Assembly: GCA_030747395.1 (NCBI GenBank)
Contig: JASLKT010000003.1
Span: 1-55,086 of the forward strand
Direction: 5' to 3'
DNA: 55,086 nt
From: Candidatus Thalassarchaeaceae archaeon
GTDB taxonomy: Archaea; Thermoplasmatota; Poseidoniia; Poseidoniales; Thalassarchaeaceae
How positions within the stretch are numbered: position 1 is the first letter of the stretch; each line of letters begins with the position of its first letter. A program made the position numbers and the translations under genes. Positions 31,629-41,883 of the stretch are shown piece by piece. The notes under the pieces are model-generated. The model had not been told where the DNA came from. It was given only the letters and a program-made list of their open reading frames with translations, and made no database searches.

Positions 31629-32633
31629 TCAGAAGTATCCTGTAATCCAAACGATCGGATCACCAAACAACACGAGGGGGAGGATTGCAGGGAAAACAAA
31701 TAGCAAAAATGGATGTTTGGCCGTTACCCAAGCTTTCTCCAACCCTTCTGCCGCCAATTCATCCAGAACAGCCCCAACATCTGTTTCAGCCCGACTTCCC
31801 CGAACGGGTCGCATGCGACGAGTGATACCGCGAGTTCCGTCGGGTTTGTCTACCACTTCCTCTAGCAACCAAACATGTTTCAGAGGTATTTCTGACAAAG
31901 GCATTCTTGACGCATGCCACGACATTGACAGAGGACTCAAATCTCCAGCACTAGCATTCCGAATAAGCATCACAAATGGTAGAACAAGGAATGCCAATCC
32001 GGCCCAAATCAACAAAGAAAGGGCTGGAGGCATCGCTGTAGAAAATTCCCCTCCTGATGAATTCAGTGGGAATGCGGCACCATTCCATGAGGGCAACAAC
32101 AGCGTGGCCAACATCATCGCTTTTGCATCGGCACCGCCGTGCAACATTCTGAATCTCCAAGCCATTTCAAAGAAGATGAGAACGAATCCCATGATGACCA
32201 TTTGACCCCACAGGAGTGCTGATTCAGTGTCGGCAGTTGAATTGATGATATTCGGGTCAAAATAATCGAGAAGAATTGGTGTGTATTCCATTGCACCCAT
32301 CACTAGACCCACTCCGCTAACAAAGTACCAAATTGTGACCAATATATCTAGGAGTGAGCCGTTCATGATATCTGAAATTTCGGGCCTCCCAATCAATGCG
32401 GTTGATGCAAAAGCAACCGCTGCGGAAGCTGTGAGCCAAATCATCCAGTTCGCTTCTAGGACAAGCAATTCAAGGCATAACAAGAACAGAGTGGGTTTTG
32501 CCCACGCCCACCACCACTCATTCGATACACGGCGAGTTTTGTGATCTAACCAAGCAGCGCCACCAAAACACAGGATGAGAACTCCGACGCGAACCCACTG
32601 AATGAGTTCCAATTCAAAGTGGCCATCTGTCAC
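31629..32633 (-). CDS. Prepilin/preflagellin peptidase (A24, FlaK/PibD-like)
   Basis: Catalytic Asp motifs 'WLDHKTRRVSN' and 'GGADAK'; C-terminal 'WVTAKHPFL'; many TMs. Start moved to GTG 32633 to avoid overlap with the UPF0147 gene. Confidence 0.85.
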   Translation of the reverse strand: MTDGHFELELIQWVRVGVLILCFGGAAWLDHKTRRVSNEWWWAWAKPTLFLLCLELLVLEANWMIWLTASAAVAFASTALIGRPEISDIMNGSLLDILVTIWYFVSGVGLVMGAMEYTPILLDYFDPNIINSTADTESALLWGQMVIMGFVLIFFEMAWRFRMLHGGADAKAMMLATLLLPSWNGAAFPLNSSGGEFSTAMPPALSLLIWAGLAFLVLPFVMLIRNASAGDLSPLSMSWHASRMPLSEIPLKHVWLLEEVVDKPDGTRGITRRMRPVRGSRAETDVGAVLDELAAEGLEKAWVTAKHPFLLFVFPAILPLVLFGDPIVWITGYF

Positions 32634-32714
32634 GGGAATCAACCCCTGCACTGGAAAGCGCCTTAAAGCAGCCTCGGCCCCCCAGCGATGTGAACGTAGG
32701 TTCGAGGGAGTACC

Positions 32715-32990
32715 ATGACGACCGATATCGAAAACCGTATGCAGCAAATCGCTGCTGTGATTACACAATTGGATGATCCAAAAGTGCCCCGAAACATCCG
32801 CAAGGGTGCGAAAGATGCTGTGGAAAATTGGCTGCTGAACAAAGGGAAGCCACTCGATGTCCGAATTTCTCTCACTCAAGCAAAGTTGGAAGAACTCTAC
32901 GAAGATCCAAACATCCCAATGGAATTTGGAACTTTGATTTTACAAATCAATACTGCCTTGGAGCAGATGCTTACTGATTTGCACTCCTGA
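32715..32990 (+). CDS. UPF0147 family protein
   Basis: 'DDPKVPRNIRKGA...LEELYEDPNIPM' archaeal UPF0147 pattern. Confidence 0.85.
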   Translation: MTTDIENRMQQIAAVITQLDDPKVPRNIRKGAKDAVENWLLNKGKPLDVRISLTQAKLEELYEDPNIPMEFGTLILQINTALEQMLTDLHS

Positions 32991-33744
32991 TGGCCCACGG
33001 CATTTTCGTGTTGGCCAACCCCTGGCCCTCTCCATTGACTGTGATGCCGATGAGTCCAACCTCAATTGTGGGGTCGAATAGTGAAAGCCCATACTCAAGA
33101 CGTTGCTGCAAAGTGCCCGTTTGAATCGCGACACGATGACACAACATTTTGATTGTAATTTCTTCACCAATACCGGTCGCTGCAAGAGCAATTCCCTCAT
33201 CAATCCACAGACCTGGGCCCCATAAGGGAGTATCACCAACCCTTCCCCGTGGCCTTCCTGTGCAACCCCCGGTTGACGTTGCAACGGCCATCGACCCCTT
33301 TTCATCGATGGCGACACAACCAACTGTGTCATTTCCAGATGGTGAATCACTTCCTTCCACTTTCGCATTTGGATATCCTTGAGCATCTGCCCAATCACGT
33401 GCACCCTGACCCACGAGGATGTGGAATGGTTGATCGAGTAAACCTGCAGCAACATGGATGGGATTTGGCGTGTCCTCGATTGCCATAATCGAACCAAGTC
33501 TGCCATCTGAAGTCGCCACTGCAGCATCCAATTGTACCGAACCATCGGCTCGTTTCCGCCCACCAGTCCCTGCGTTAAGAACGGGGTCATCCTCCATGAT
33601 TTCGACGGCGGCGAGAACCGCATCAAGAGCAGAACCTCCGGCTGACAAAATGGCCCAACCGGCATCAGCTGCGGCGTCAACCCCTGGTTGATCTTTGGCA
33701 GTGTGGCCAGCCCCACCATGGCAGACAATCATCGGTTTGGCCAT
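32971..33744 (-). CDS. Isoaspartyl peptidase/L-asparaginase (Ntn hydrolase)
   Basis: 'HGGAG', 'EDDPVLNAGTG', 'DTVG' nucleophile, 'ATSTGG', 'GRVGDTP', 'TGIGE'. Confidence 0.92.
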   Translation of the reverse strand: MAKPMIVCHGGAGHTAKDQPGVDAAADAGWAILSAGGSALDAVLAAVEIMEDDPVLNAGTGGRKRADGSVQLDAAVATSDGRLGSIMAIEDTPNPIHVAAGLLDQPFHILVGQGARDWADAQGYPNAKVEGSDSPSGNDTVGCVAIDEKGSMAVATSTGGCTGRPRGRVGDTPLWGPGLWIDEGIALAATGIGEEITIKMLCHRVAIQTGTLQQRLEYGLSLFDPTIEVGLIGITVNGEGQGLANTKMPWAIRSANQ

Positions 33745-35075
33745 TATTCATCCTCCTGATTCGCTGTCAAGCGCAGGGAAATTTGTGCAAATGCAGCAAT
33801 GACAGTGAGAATACAACTTAGACGGAATACGGTATGATATGTCCATTTCCCAGTACCATCTACAGTTTCAGCCCACACAAATGCGGCAAGAATAGGGCCA
33901 ATGATTCGGGAAAGGGCACCATATCCTTCCTGGGCCCCCATCACCCGGCCAAGATCCAATTGAGATGCTCGGGCTTCTAGAGTCATCAGAGTATTTTGTG
34001 TCGGTTGAAATAGGCCATTGCCTAGAGCGATACAGGCCATGGGAAGAAGAATCACAATGAAAGGTTCAGGGGTCAAATATGGAATCCAGCCGAGACCAAG
34101 ACCACAAACAAGCAATCCGAATACCATCATTTTCCGAGTATCTATTCGTTCCGCCATTGCACTGCGCATGAAACCACCCTGGACGAATACGCCAACAAGT
34201 CCTACAAAGGCAAAGATGTAACCATTGACACGGGCATCGAATCCAAGGCCACCTTGTTCGATTGGCATTGCGGTGAATAGAATAAATGTCGTGTGCATGA
34301 TGGTGAAAGCCACTAGGAATAATGAATTGACAAGAATCAATATTCGTACCGACGGAGATAGATTTTGAATCCCAACCAAATTACCAGTGATTCGTTTGAG
34401 GACATTTCCTTTCTTCTCAACTTTCGTTCGTGACTCAAGTGGTAGACTCTCAGGCAATTGACGGATTGCCAGTGAGAAGGATACTGCGGAAAGCAACCCT
34501 GCAATTAGACAGGGAAGAAAGTAGGGGTGATTCTGCCACCAAGGAGATAGGAATACACCTCCAAAGTTGGTATATGGATCCGTTAGAATACCTCCAAGGA
34601 ATGGACCAATCATGAATCCCAACCCAAAAGCAGCACCAATCATTCCCATTCGCCCCTTCAACTGAGAAGGTGTACTGATGTCGCCAATATAGGCGCGTGC
34701 AACAGCAATATTCCCATTCCCTGCACCTGCAAGGAATCTGACGATAAGCGCAAACCATAGGCTGCCTGACAAACCGAATGCAATGAAGAAAATTGTATTT
34801 GATACCAAACCCAACATGATGATTGGGCGACGGCCCAGGCGGTCTGAAAGAGAACCCAATATTGGTGTGAACAAAAATTGGCCAAAGGTATAGGCGGCCA
34901 ACATGATGCCAACCCAAAGATCACGTTCACCGATTTCGGTGAAACCATCACCTGTTGCTAAATCTTGAACGAAATAGGTGAGAAACGGGATGACCAATGT
35001 GAATCCAATCAGGTCGATGAGAACAACGAGGAATAGAATCCCCATGCCTGAAGGGGGCTCTTTTTGGTCACCCAT
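33744..35075 (-). CDS. MFS transporter (TetA/DHA1-like)
   Basis: About 12 TMs; 'GSLSDRLGRRP', 'RFLAGAG', 'GLGFMIGPFLGG'. Confidence 0.92.
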   Translation of the reverse strand: MGDQKEPPSGMGILFLVVLIDLIGFTLVIPFLTYFVQDLATGDGFTEIGERDLWVGIMLAAYTFGQFLFTPILGSLSDRLGRRPIIMLGLVSNTIFFIAFGLSGSLWFALIVRFLAGAGNGNIAVARAYIGDISTPSQLKGRMGMIGAAFGLGFMIGPFLGGILTDPYTNFGGVFLSPWWQNHPYFLPCLIAGLLSAVSFSLAIRQLPESLPLESRTKVEKKGNVLKRITGNLVGIQNLSPSVRILILVNSLFLVAFTIMHTTFILFTAMPIEQGGLGFDARVNGYIFAFVGLVGVFVQGGFMRSAMAERIDTRKMMVFGLLVCGLGLGWIPYLTPEPFIVILLPMACIALGNGLFQPTQNTLMTLEARASQLDLGRVMGAQEGYGALSRIIGPILAAFVWAETVDGTGKWTYHTVFRLSCILTVIAAFAQISLRLTANQEDE

Positions 35076-35112
35076 GGCCTACGGCCATGGAAGACAGGGC
35101 ATAAGTCTGCGC

Positions 35113-37182
35113 TCAAGCGGAAGGATGGCCACTTGGATTTGGCGTCAAACGGTCAATTACCGCACCGAGCCGCTCGACCAAGGAACTCTTATTCTCGTTT
35201 GAGACCAATGCATTTTCCATCACTTCATCTAGAGTATCAACTGCGATAACCTCGATTCGATCTTTGTAAGCATCATCGATGAGAACGTCTTTCATGTTTG
35301 CTCGTGGTATGATGACTCGATTGATTCCGCTCTTTGCTGCGGCTTCAATTTTCGCGGTCACACCACCAATCGGGAGAACTTCGCCCCGAACCGATAGTGA
35401 ACCGGTCATGGCTAGATTCTGATCGATTGGAATGTCCTCGAACGCAGAGATGATGGCTGTTGCAATCGTAATGCTGGCACTGTCTCCATCCACACCATGA
35501 GTATCGACGAATTGGATGTGGATGTCATAATCGGCGACGTCCTTTCCTGTTAGTTTCTTGATGACGGCACTCACATTGGTGACGCTTTCTTTGGCCAAAT
35601 CAGACAGCCCGCCCGTGGCAAAGACACTGCCTGATTTCGATTGTGTGGGCGTTACCAACGCTTCGACAGGTAGCATAATCCCACTGAAATCGGACATTCC
35701 ACTATCAGCACCAAGAACGGCCAATCCATTCACTCGTCCAACGCGCTCTCCACTGTTGACGAGGAGGGAATAATCACGCCGATGCTCAATCATACGATCT
35801 GCAACCTGCTGTTCCAACGGACGAGCGATGCGGCGCGCACCCAGAACATGGTTGCCAGTCGTGATGGTTGAGTTCTCTTCGCAGGCTAGGTCGCCTGCAA
35901 TTCGAACCAAACCTCCAAGCTCACGTAGACGCAGAGTGAGTTTACCTCGACGTCCGGCCCTTCGCTGAGCTTCACGTAGAATCACCTCGACCGCAGAGCG
36001 GTCAAAATGAGGAATCGGTTTGCCCGTCTTCTTGTTCAATTCATTGCGTACTTCCTGGGCGATGAATCGAATCAATCGACGACGGTTGCGTGCGGTGTCG
36101 CGCATTGTGGAATTCACGTATACCTCGTAGCCATATCCTCGAATTCGACTGCGTAGCGCAGGGTGCATATGTTGTACTGCATCGAGATTGCCTGCCGCAA
36201 CTAGAATGAAATCACAAGGCACTGCTTCGGTCTTGGTAAGAGCGCCGGATGAACGCTCCGATCGACCTGAAATGGGGAATGCTTTCTCCTGCATAGCCGT
36301 TAGCAATGCCTGTTGTTCTTCAAGACGTAGTAGATTGATTTCATCAATGAACAGAACGCCACCATTGGCCTTGTGAATTGCACCGCCTTCAACTCGCTCA
36401 TGAGCAGGTGTTTCCATACCACCAGATTGGAATGGGTCGTGACGGACATCACCAAGTAAACTACCAGCAAGTGTCCCTGTTGCGTCAATAAATGGCGGCA
36501 TATCTCCTCGCTTTCGTTTGACCAATAATTTGGGAATTCTGGATTCATCACTTGAGACCAAACGATTCTTGATGAACATATAACCAAAGGCGAGTAAGAA
36601 CATTCCAAAGAGCAACATCACAATGTCACCAGATTGGATGGTTGCCAATAGGAGGGCGGCACCGATGAGGAGTGCGACAAACATCAGTGTTCGACTGGTG
36701 CGTTCTCGTTGTTCACGAAGTTGTGCACGGCGATCCTTGACAATACGATCACCTCTCCCTGCTGGCACGGTTCGGATGCGAGGTTCATTTTCATCATCAT
36801 CATTAACGTAGCAAAGAGTATCTTCCAAGGATTCGCTTGGCATGAGTTCAGTCATCGCTTTGGCTAGCATGCTCTTACCAGTTCCAGGGTCCCCAATCAT
36901 CAACATGTGCCGGCGCTGCTCGGCGGCTTTTCGAATCACGATAGCTGCATCTTCCTGCCCGATGACTTGATCGACCAAACAATCAGGGATGGGGACATCT
37001 GCAGTCGAATCAAATGAGATGCCCTGAAGCCATTCATCGACAGGTACCTCAATGATGGGATCATCTGCCCCATCAGCAATTGAACCTAGACCAAATCCAC
37101 TCTTTTCAGTGGGAGTGGGGTCGAGTTCTTCGATGATGGCCACCTCTTCTGTGACCTCTTCATCCACTTGTTCATCCGCCAT
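35113..37182 (-). CDS. lonB: Archaeal membrane-bound ATP-dependent protease LonB
   Basis: Walker A GDPGTGKS, two TMs inside the AAA+ domain, 'LFIDEI', catalytic 'DGDSAS' and 'TAKIEAA'. Confidence 0.95.
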   Translation of the reverse strand: MADEQVDEEVTEEVAIIEELDPTPTEKSGFGLGSIADGADDPIIEVPVDEWLQGISFDSTADVPIPDCLVDQVIGQEDAAIVIRKAAEQRRHMLMIGDPGTGKSMLAKAMTELMPSESLEDTLCYVNDDDENEPRIRTVPAGRGDRIVKDRRAQLREQRERTSRTLMFVALLIGAALLLATIQSGDIVMLLFGMFLLAFGYMFIKNRLVSSDESRIPKLLVKRKRGDMPPFIDATGTLAGSLLGDVRHDPFQSGGMETPAHERVEGGAIHKANGGVLFIDEINLLRLEEQQALLTAMQEKAFPISGRSERSSGALTKTEAVPCDFILVAAGNLDAVQHMHPALRSRIRGYGYEVYVNSTMRDTARNRRRLIRFIAQEVRNELNKKTGKPIPHFDRSAVEVILREAQRRAGRRGKLTLRLRELGGLVRIAGDLACEENSTITTGNHVLGARRIARPLEQQVADRMIEHRRDYSLLVNSGERVGRVNGLAVLGADSGMSDFSGIMLPVEALVTPTQSKSGSVFATGGLSDLAKESVTNVSAVIKKLTGKDVADYDIHIQFVDTHGVDGDSASITIATAIISAFEDIPIDQNLAMTGSLSVRGEVLPIGGVTAKIEAAAKSGINRVIIPRANMKDVLIDDAYKDRIEVIAVDTLDEVMENALVSNENKSSLVERLGAVIDRLTPNPSGHPSA

Positions 37183-37249
37183 GGCGACCTCTCCAGTATT
37201 GTTCTGGTGCTCGGCTACGTTCTTGAATGTGCGGTATCGCTACTTCAAG

Positions 37250-37278
37250 CGCCCAAGGGGGCTTTAGCCCCTTGGGCG
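37250..37278. promoter_or_regulatory. GC-rich inverted repeat in the lonB/trmI divergent intergenic region
   Basis: CGCCCAAGGGGGC-TTTA-GCCCCTTGGGCG, 12 bp with one bulged G. Confidence 0.45.
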
Positions 37279-37401
37279 AGAAGTCGACACCTATCGTCGA
37301 ATTGATATTCTGGACCGATGTCCGAATGTCATCCACTCAGCCGCCTCCGGGTCGGTGCTCTGCTTGCAGGGTCGAGTTCTTTGGAACTGGGATGTGAAAA
37401 T

Positions 37402-38175
37402 ATGCAGGAATACACCGCACTACGAGAAGAAGATGGACGTACTTACATCGTCCCAATTCAGGACGATGAATTGAAGATTAGAGGACTCGGAAGATTCGCA
37501 CCGAAACCCTTGCTTGAGGGAATTGCTAACGGTGAAAGGGTCACCATCGGTCAAAAGCTCCTCACCAGAGTCGAAGTTGGCCTCCCTGAACTACGAAAGG
37601 GTATGAAACGAAGAGCACAGATCATCAATCCAAAAGATGCTGGATTTCTCATTGCATGGATGGGGATTGGTTCAGGTCAACGTGTCCTTGAAACGGGACA
37701 TGGATCGGGTGGGCTTGCACTTCACCTCGCAAATGTTCTCGGCTCAAGTGGTACACTGGTTTCAGTTGAAAATAGACCAGAACATGCCGAAGTAGGGCGA
37801 GAAAACATGGAGAGGGCAGCCGGAGCAATGAGAGAATTTCCAACTTGGATTCTATTGGAAGGAGATATTGCTGAAACATCGTTTGAGGGGATTGTCGAAG
37901 ATTTCGATGCTATCATCCTAGATCTACCTGAACCTTGGCCAGTCATTGCACCACTCGCAAAGAAACTGCGATACGGTGGGCGAATTGCTTGCTATTGTCC
38001 AGTTTCTAGTCAATTGGAAAAGGCGTGGAATGCTTGTGAAGAGGCGGGCTTAATCGTCGACTGGGCTGGGGAAATGATGGATCGCGTTTGGACAAAAGCC
38101 AGCCGTGGTGGTGTGAGGCCAGGTAACACACCGATGGGACACACTGCATTCTTGCTCATTGCAGAACGAATCTGA
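37402..38175 (+). CDS. trmI: tRNA (adenine-N1)-methyltransferase, TrmI/GCD14 family
   Basis: 'MKRRAQIINPKD', 'VLETGHGSGGL', 'DAIILDLPEPW', 'GHTAFL'. Confidence 0.88.
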   Translation: MQEYTALREEDGRTYIVPIQDDELKIRGLGRFAPKPLLEGIANGERVTIGQKLLTRVEVGLPELRKGMKRRAQIINPKDAGFLIAWMGIGSGQRVLETGHGSGGLALHLANVLGSSGTLVSVENRPEHAEVGRENMERAAGAMREFPTWILLEGDIAETSFEGIVEDFDAIILDLPEPWPVIAPLAKKLRYGGRIACYCPVSSQLEKAWNACEEAGLIVDWAGEMMDRVWTKASRGGVRPGNTPMGHTAFLLIAERI

Positions 38176-38176
38176 A

Positions 38177-41100
38177 TCAATCCTCTTCACGAGGTGGCAT
38201 GACTCTGTTCATCTCTTCACAAGTGGGACACTTGAATCGGAATGGGGCTTCTTTGTCTGTGGGCAAACGGATACGAGAATCACAGGCATGACAGCGTGCC
38301 GTGCCATCTTCATCCGCACGAATTTCACCATGACTCAAATCGGCATCTTTGTTCTCTTCCTCAGCAGCTTCATCCCATGCATCTTGCGCACTCTTTTTGG
38401 CTCTGGATTTGGAACTGTAGCGCACCCACAAAATGAGTAATCCTGCAAAAATCCAACCCGTCAACATGGCGATGGCCAAATTGGCTGCATTGACCATTGG
38501 CCCTCCATTCCACAACTCTGCTTCGGTCGGAACTGGTGGTTCAAATTCAACAGACAGGGACGATGTTTGACTGCTCACCAAGAAACCCTGTCCAGTGAGT
38601 GTGCCGGTGGCTTCGATTCGGAAATCGAGGGTGCCAATTGTAGGTTCTCCACTTGGTTGTAGAGTCAACATGTAAGTTGCAACCCCCCCGGGTGCAACAG
38701 TGAACATACCTACTGATTGATTCACATCTAGATTCCAAAACCGCAGAAGATCTTGCTCATGTTCGCCTGCAATATTCAGGAATCCAGACACCAACTCATT
38801 GCCATCGTTTCGAACGGTCACAGTATAGGTTGCCGAACTGTTCCATGGCAATGACCAATCGTCACCAGTCATCGCAACTTCAAGCACAGGTCCGCCATCG
38901 GTGTTTCGATGTGGATCAATTTGAATGTCGACCGAATCAGTTGAATTCGCATTTGAATCGGTCAGTGAAGTTACTGTGAAAGCAATCGTATGTGTTCCTG
39001 CAAGCAAATTGCTACCTGCATTACAGGTGACTGCATGACTTTCTGCTGCAGAACCTGCGGAAAGGGTCGTTTGTGCAGGATGATTACAGCTAAATCCGGA
39101 TGGACCAGTAACCAAGAGAGTGTCTTCGGCTTCTCCCAAATTGGATAGGAAGAGGGTGAGGCTTGCGCTACCTTCAGCAGGAATGGATACTTCGTTGGTT
39201 GTCACTGTGGCTTGCACTGATACTTCGGGGACTGTGGCGAAAAGGGACAATGAATCCGTGATTGAATCATCATTCTCGCTTTCGACAATCAATGTCATTT
39301 CAACATCTTCACTCGCCCCTGTGCGGCGCAAGGTGATGTTCACCTCACCACTTTCACCGGATGCGAGGGTCAGGGTCTGAGGTGAAATTCCAACTTCAAA
39401 ACCTGCCGCCCCAGTCAAGGTGATGGCAAAGGTGTCAGGTTCGTTCCCATCATTGATTACTGTGGCTGCGAAGACGGAATCGGCACCACTTGCAACCGGC
39501 AATGAATCACCAGCAACCAAAACACGAACCTCCGCACGCTGATCGACTTGTGCATTGATGGTCATCGAATCCCATGTGCTGCCATCATCGGGATTCATGG
39601 CAAGAATCGTGAATGTGTAAGTGCCCGAAGCAATGTCATCATCGATGCCTACAGTCATGGAGAGAATCGAGCTGTTTCCATTGGGTGCGACAGAGGCTCC
39701 ATTGCTCACAGTGATGGTGAAGCCTTGTGGTGCGCCACTCCAATCCAGAGCGGCATTGGCCGCACCGGTACCATCGTTTGTCAAGGTGAAATCAACCGAT
39801 TCAGGTTCATCGGAGCCGACATCAAATGCGCCGCCCAGTGGACCCGTCATCCAAATTGAAGACCATGGTTCGATGCTAACGACTCCTGAGAAATTTAGTG
39901 TGGCTGAACCGTCTTGAGTTTCAGCGCTCAAGTCAATTGTGTAATTGCCCACCAATGGTGTATCAGAGGCAGCGGATGTTGACCAGCTCAAATCCACAGT
40001 TTCTCCCGAATCAACGGTTACAAACGTGGAACTCGTATCGATTGTCAAATCGTCAGATGAGGCTGAAAGACGCATGTTCGTTGCTTCACTTCCAGTGTTT
40101 CGAATTGTGATTACTCCTGAAGTAGAACCGCCAGGTGTGAGTGAAAGTGCTTCGTTGCTGACCACTTCAAGGCCATGTGACACACCTACGTCAAGCGTAT
40201 GTGTGTGCGAATAGCCCATCTCTGCAATTTCATTCCAAGCATCTAGCGTAAGATCACAGGTTTCACCTTCACCAGCATCGACATCAATACTGACATCGAC
40301 TGTGATGGTTTCGTTGTCACTTGCTCCAAGTCTGGAACCATCTGCTTCGGCGGAATCCAAACTGGCTGAACAGACTCCAGAAGTAGAAATGGTGTAGATT
40401 GATTCAGCTTCTGACGTCCCTGAATTGTGGACCTCAAAATCAACCATCCCAGTCCCATTGGGCAACCAATTGTTGGTTGAATCGGTCGCAGAAATCGTCA
40501 AATTATGTGTCCCATTCACTCGCACGACAATGGTTTCTGAGATGGTGAAATTACCCATTGCCGAACCTGCTGATAGTAAGAACCCGTAATCGCCTGGTGC
40601 TTCGCCATTCGGCACACTGACCCGCAGCGTCCCCGCTCTTGTCTCTCCAGCACTCATGTTGGAAAGGGTTGAGGACATCCATCGAACCTCCCAACCCGCT
40701 GGCACAGCACGACCCATGTTGGTTCCATTACCGCCCCCACTTTGTCCACTACTGACCGTCATGCATGTTGTCGCATTGCCAATGGCGCTGAGGTTTTGAG
40801 TCAAGGTGGCTGAAATACACCATTCTCCAGCGGTCACATTCCATGTTTGATTCCAAGAATGATTGGTTCCGGCACTGGTCCAATTATACACCCCTACATC
40901 ATACGGGAAAATTGAACCATTTTCTTCAAGGACCCAGTCCACAAAGTAGGTGAGATTTGCCGTCAGGTTCACCGCATCAAGAACGGCGGTTAGATTGGTG
41001 GATACTGCAGATAATGAGGCGAAGAATTCCGTTGGACCGGTTGTCACATTCCCAGTACCATTGTTCGTATTGTTGCCGCCGGTGTTGTTTCCAGTATTAT

Positions 41101-41809
41101 TTCCAGTATTATTTCCTGTATTGTTGCCACCGGTATTGTTACCCGAATTGTTACCACCAGTGTTGTTTTCTGAATTGTTTCCACCCGTGTTGTTGCTTCC
41201 ACCGCCTCCGTTCCAATTTGTCCAGAAGTCACTTAGATCTGCGGTCTCGTCCACAGCGAGGACAATGTGATCAAGGGATGAACCAAGGTTTGAGATTGGA
41301 ACATCAATATCGATTGATTCGCCGACTTCAATTCCGAGAAGACCTGCATCTCCAACCGCTGTATGCTCGATATCGGGCAGATATGATGGGGCGACTGAAA
41401 GATACAGTGTGACGGTAGTGGATACATTGGAGCCAGAGTGTGCTACGTTGATGTCTACGTATCCGTTATCGGAGAGATTGGCATCGGAGGCAAGGTGGAC
41501 GATGATGGTGGTTGTCACAGAAAATGTCGGTAAAACTGTGGAAAGTGTCTCATCTGCAAGGGTTACGTTCCAAGCGGCAGAAGTCATTGAATCATCGACC
41601 GTGAGATCGAAATCTTGGATAGACGTGTCATTGTTCTCGATGGTGAGTGTGACGTTTGCACTGTCTCCCTGAATCAAGACGACTTGATCATCAGACAAAT
41701 CCAGCAAAATACGGCTATCCGCAGCAGCTAACGGTGCAAAAGCAGCCAAGAATGTGCTCGAAACGAGCAACAAACACAGTGCCAATGAACGGCGGCGCTG
41801 GGTGGACAT
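38177..41809 (-). CDS. Large secreted surface glycoprotein with repeated Ig-like/NEW3-like modules, C-terminal TM and cytoplasmic zinc ribbon
   Basis: Signal peptide from ATG 41809; repeated 'xNxGN/T..D' modules; GGNNT tract; TM followed by CHAC...CPTC. Confidence 0.82.
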   Translation of the reverse strand: MSTQRRRSLALCLLLVSSTFLAAFAPLAAADSRILLDLSDDQVVLIQGDSANVTLTIENNDTSIQDFDLTVDDSMTSAAWNVTLADETLSTVLPTFSVTTTIIVHLASDANLSDNGYVDINVAHSGSNVSTTVTLYLSVAPSYLPDIEHTAVGDAGLLGIEVGESIDIDVPISNLGSSLDHIVLAVDETADLSDFWTNWNGGGGSNNTGGNNSENNTGGNNSGNNTGGNNTGNNTGNNTGNNTGGNNTNNGTGNVTTGPTEFFASLSAVSTNLTAVLDAVNLTANLTYFVDWVLEENGSIFPYDVGVYNWTSAGTNHSWNQTWNVTAGEWCISATLTQNLSAIGNATTCMTVSSGQSGGGNGTNMGRAVPAGWEVRWMSSTLSNMSAGETRAGTLRVSVPNGEAPGDYGFLLSAGSAMGNFTISETIVVRVNGTHNLTISATDSTNNWLPNGTGMVDFEVHNSGTSEAESIYTISTSGVCSASLDSAEADGSRLGASDNETITVDVSIDVDAGEGETCDLTLDAWNEIAEMGYSHTHTLDVGVSHGLEVVSNEALSLTPGGSTSGVITIRNTGSEATNMRLSASSDDLTIDTSSTFVTVDSGETVDLSWSTSAASDTPLVGNYTIDLSAETQDGSATLNFSGVVSIEPWSSIWMTGPLGGAFDVGSDEPESVDFTLTNDGTGAANAALDWSGAPQGFTITVSNGASVAPNGNSSILSMTVGIDDDIASGTYTFTILAMNPDDGSTWDSMTINAQVDQRAEVRVLVAGDSLPVASGADSVFAATVINDGNEPDTFAITLTGAAGFEVGISPQTLTLASGESGEVNITLRRTGASEDVEMTLIVESENDDSITDSLSLFATVPEVSVQATVTTNEVSIPAEGSASLTLFLSNLGEAEDTLLVTGPSGFSCNHPAQTTLSAGSAAESHAVTCNAGSNLLAGTHTIAFTVTSLTDSNANSTDSVDIQIDPHRNTDGGPVLEVAMTGDDWSLPWNSSATYTVTVRNDGNELVSGFLNIAGEHEQDLLRFWNLDVNQSVGMFTVAPGGVATYMLTLQPSGEPTIGTLDFRIEATGTLTGQGFLVSSQTSSLSVEFEPPVPTEAELWNGGPMVNAANLAIAMLTGWIFAGLLILWVRYSSKSRAKKSAQDAWDEAAEEENKDADLSHGEIRADEDGTARCHACDSRIRLPTDKEAPFRFKCPTCEEMNRVMPPREED
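41058..41205 (-). repeat. Imperfect tandem coding repeat (G/GG-NN-T/S)n
   Basis: Encodes SNNTGGNNSENNTGGNNSGNNTGGNNTGNNTGNNTGNNTGGNNTNNGT; 12-15-nt units such as TTTCCAGTATTA. Confidence 0.85.
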
Positions 41810-41883
41810 GGATACAACCGAATCCGTACCCTGCTTTGAGGATGATGGGAGAACGCGTAAGCGTTCTCGGGGATTTGCTAAAA

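Noticed and set aside
32634..32879. N-terminal extension of the prepilin peptidase ORF
   Set aside because: Overlaps the UPF0147 gene on the opposite strand; homology-like sequence starts near GTG 32633.
32940..33728. 262-aa alternative minus-strand ORF
   Set aside because: Out-of-frame overlap with the clearly recognisable isoaspartyl peptidase; no motifs.
41058..41205. Tandem repeat as a CRISPR array
   Set aside because: Short degenerate in-frame coding units without unique spacers; no cas genes.
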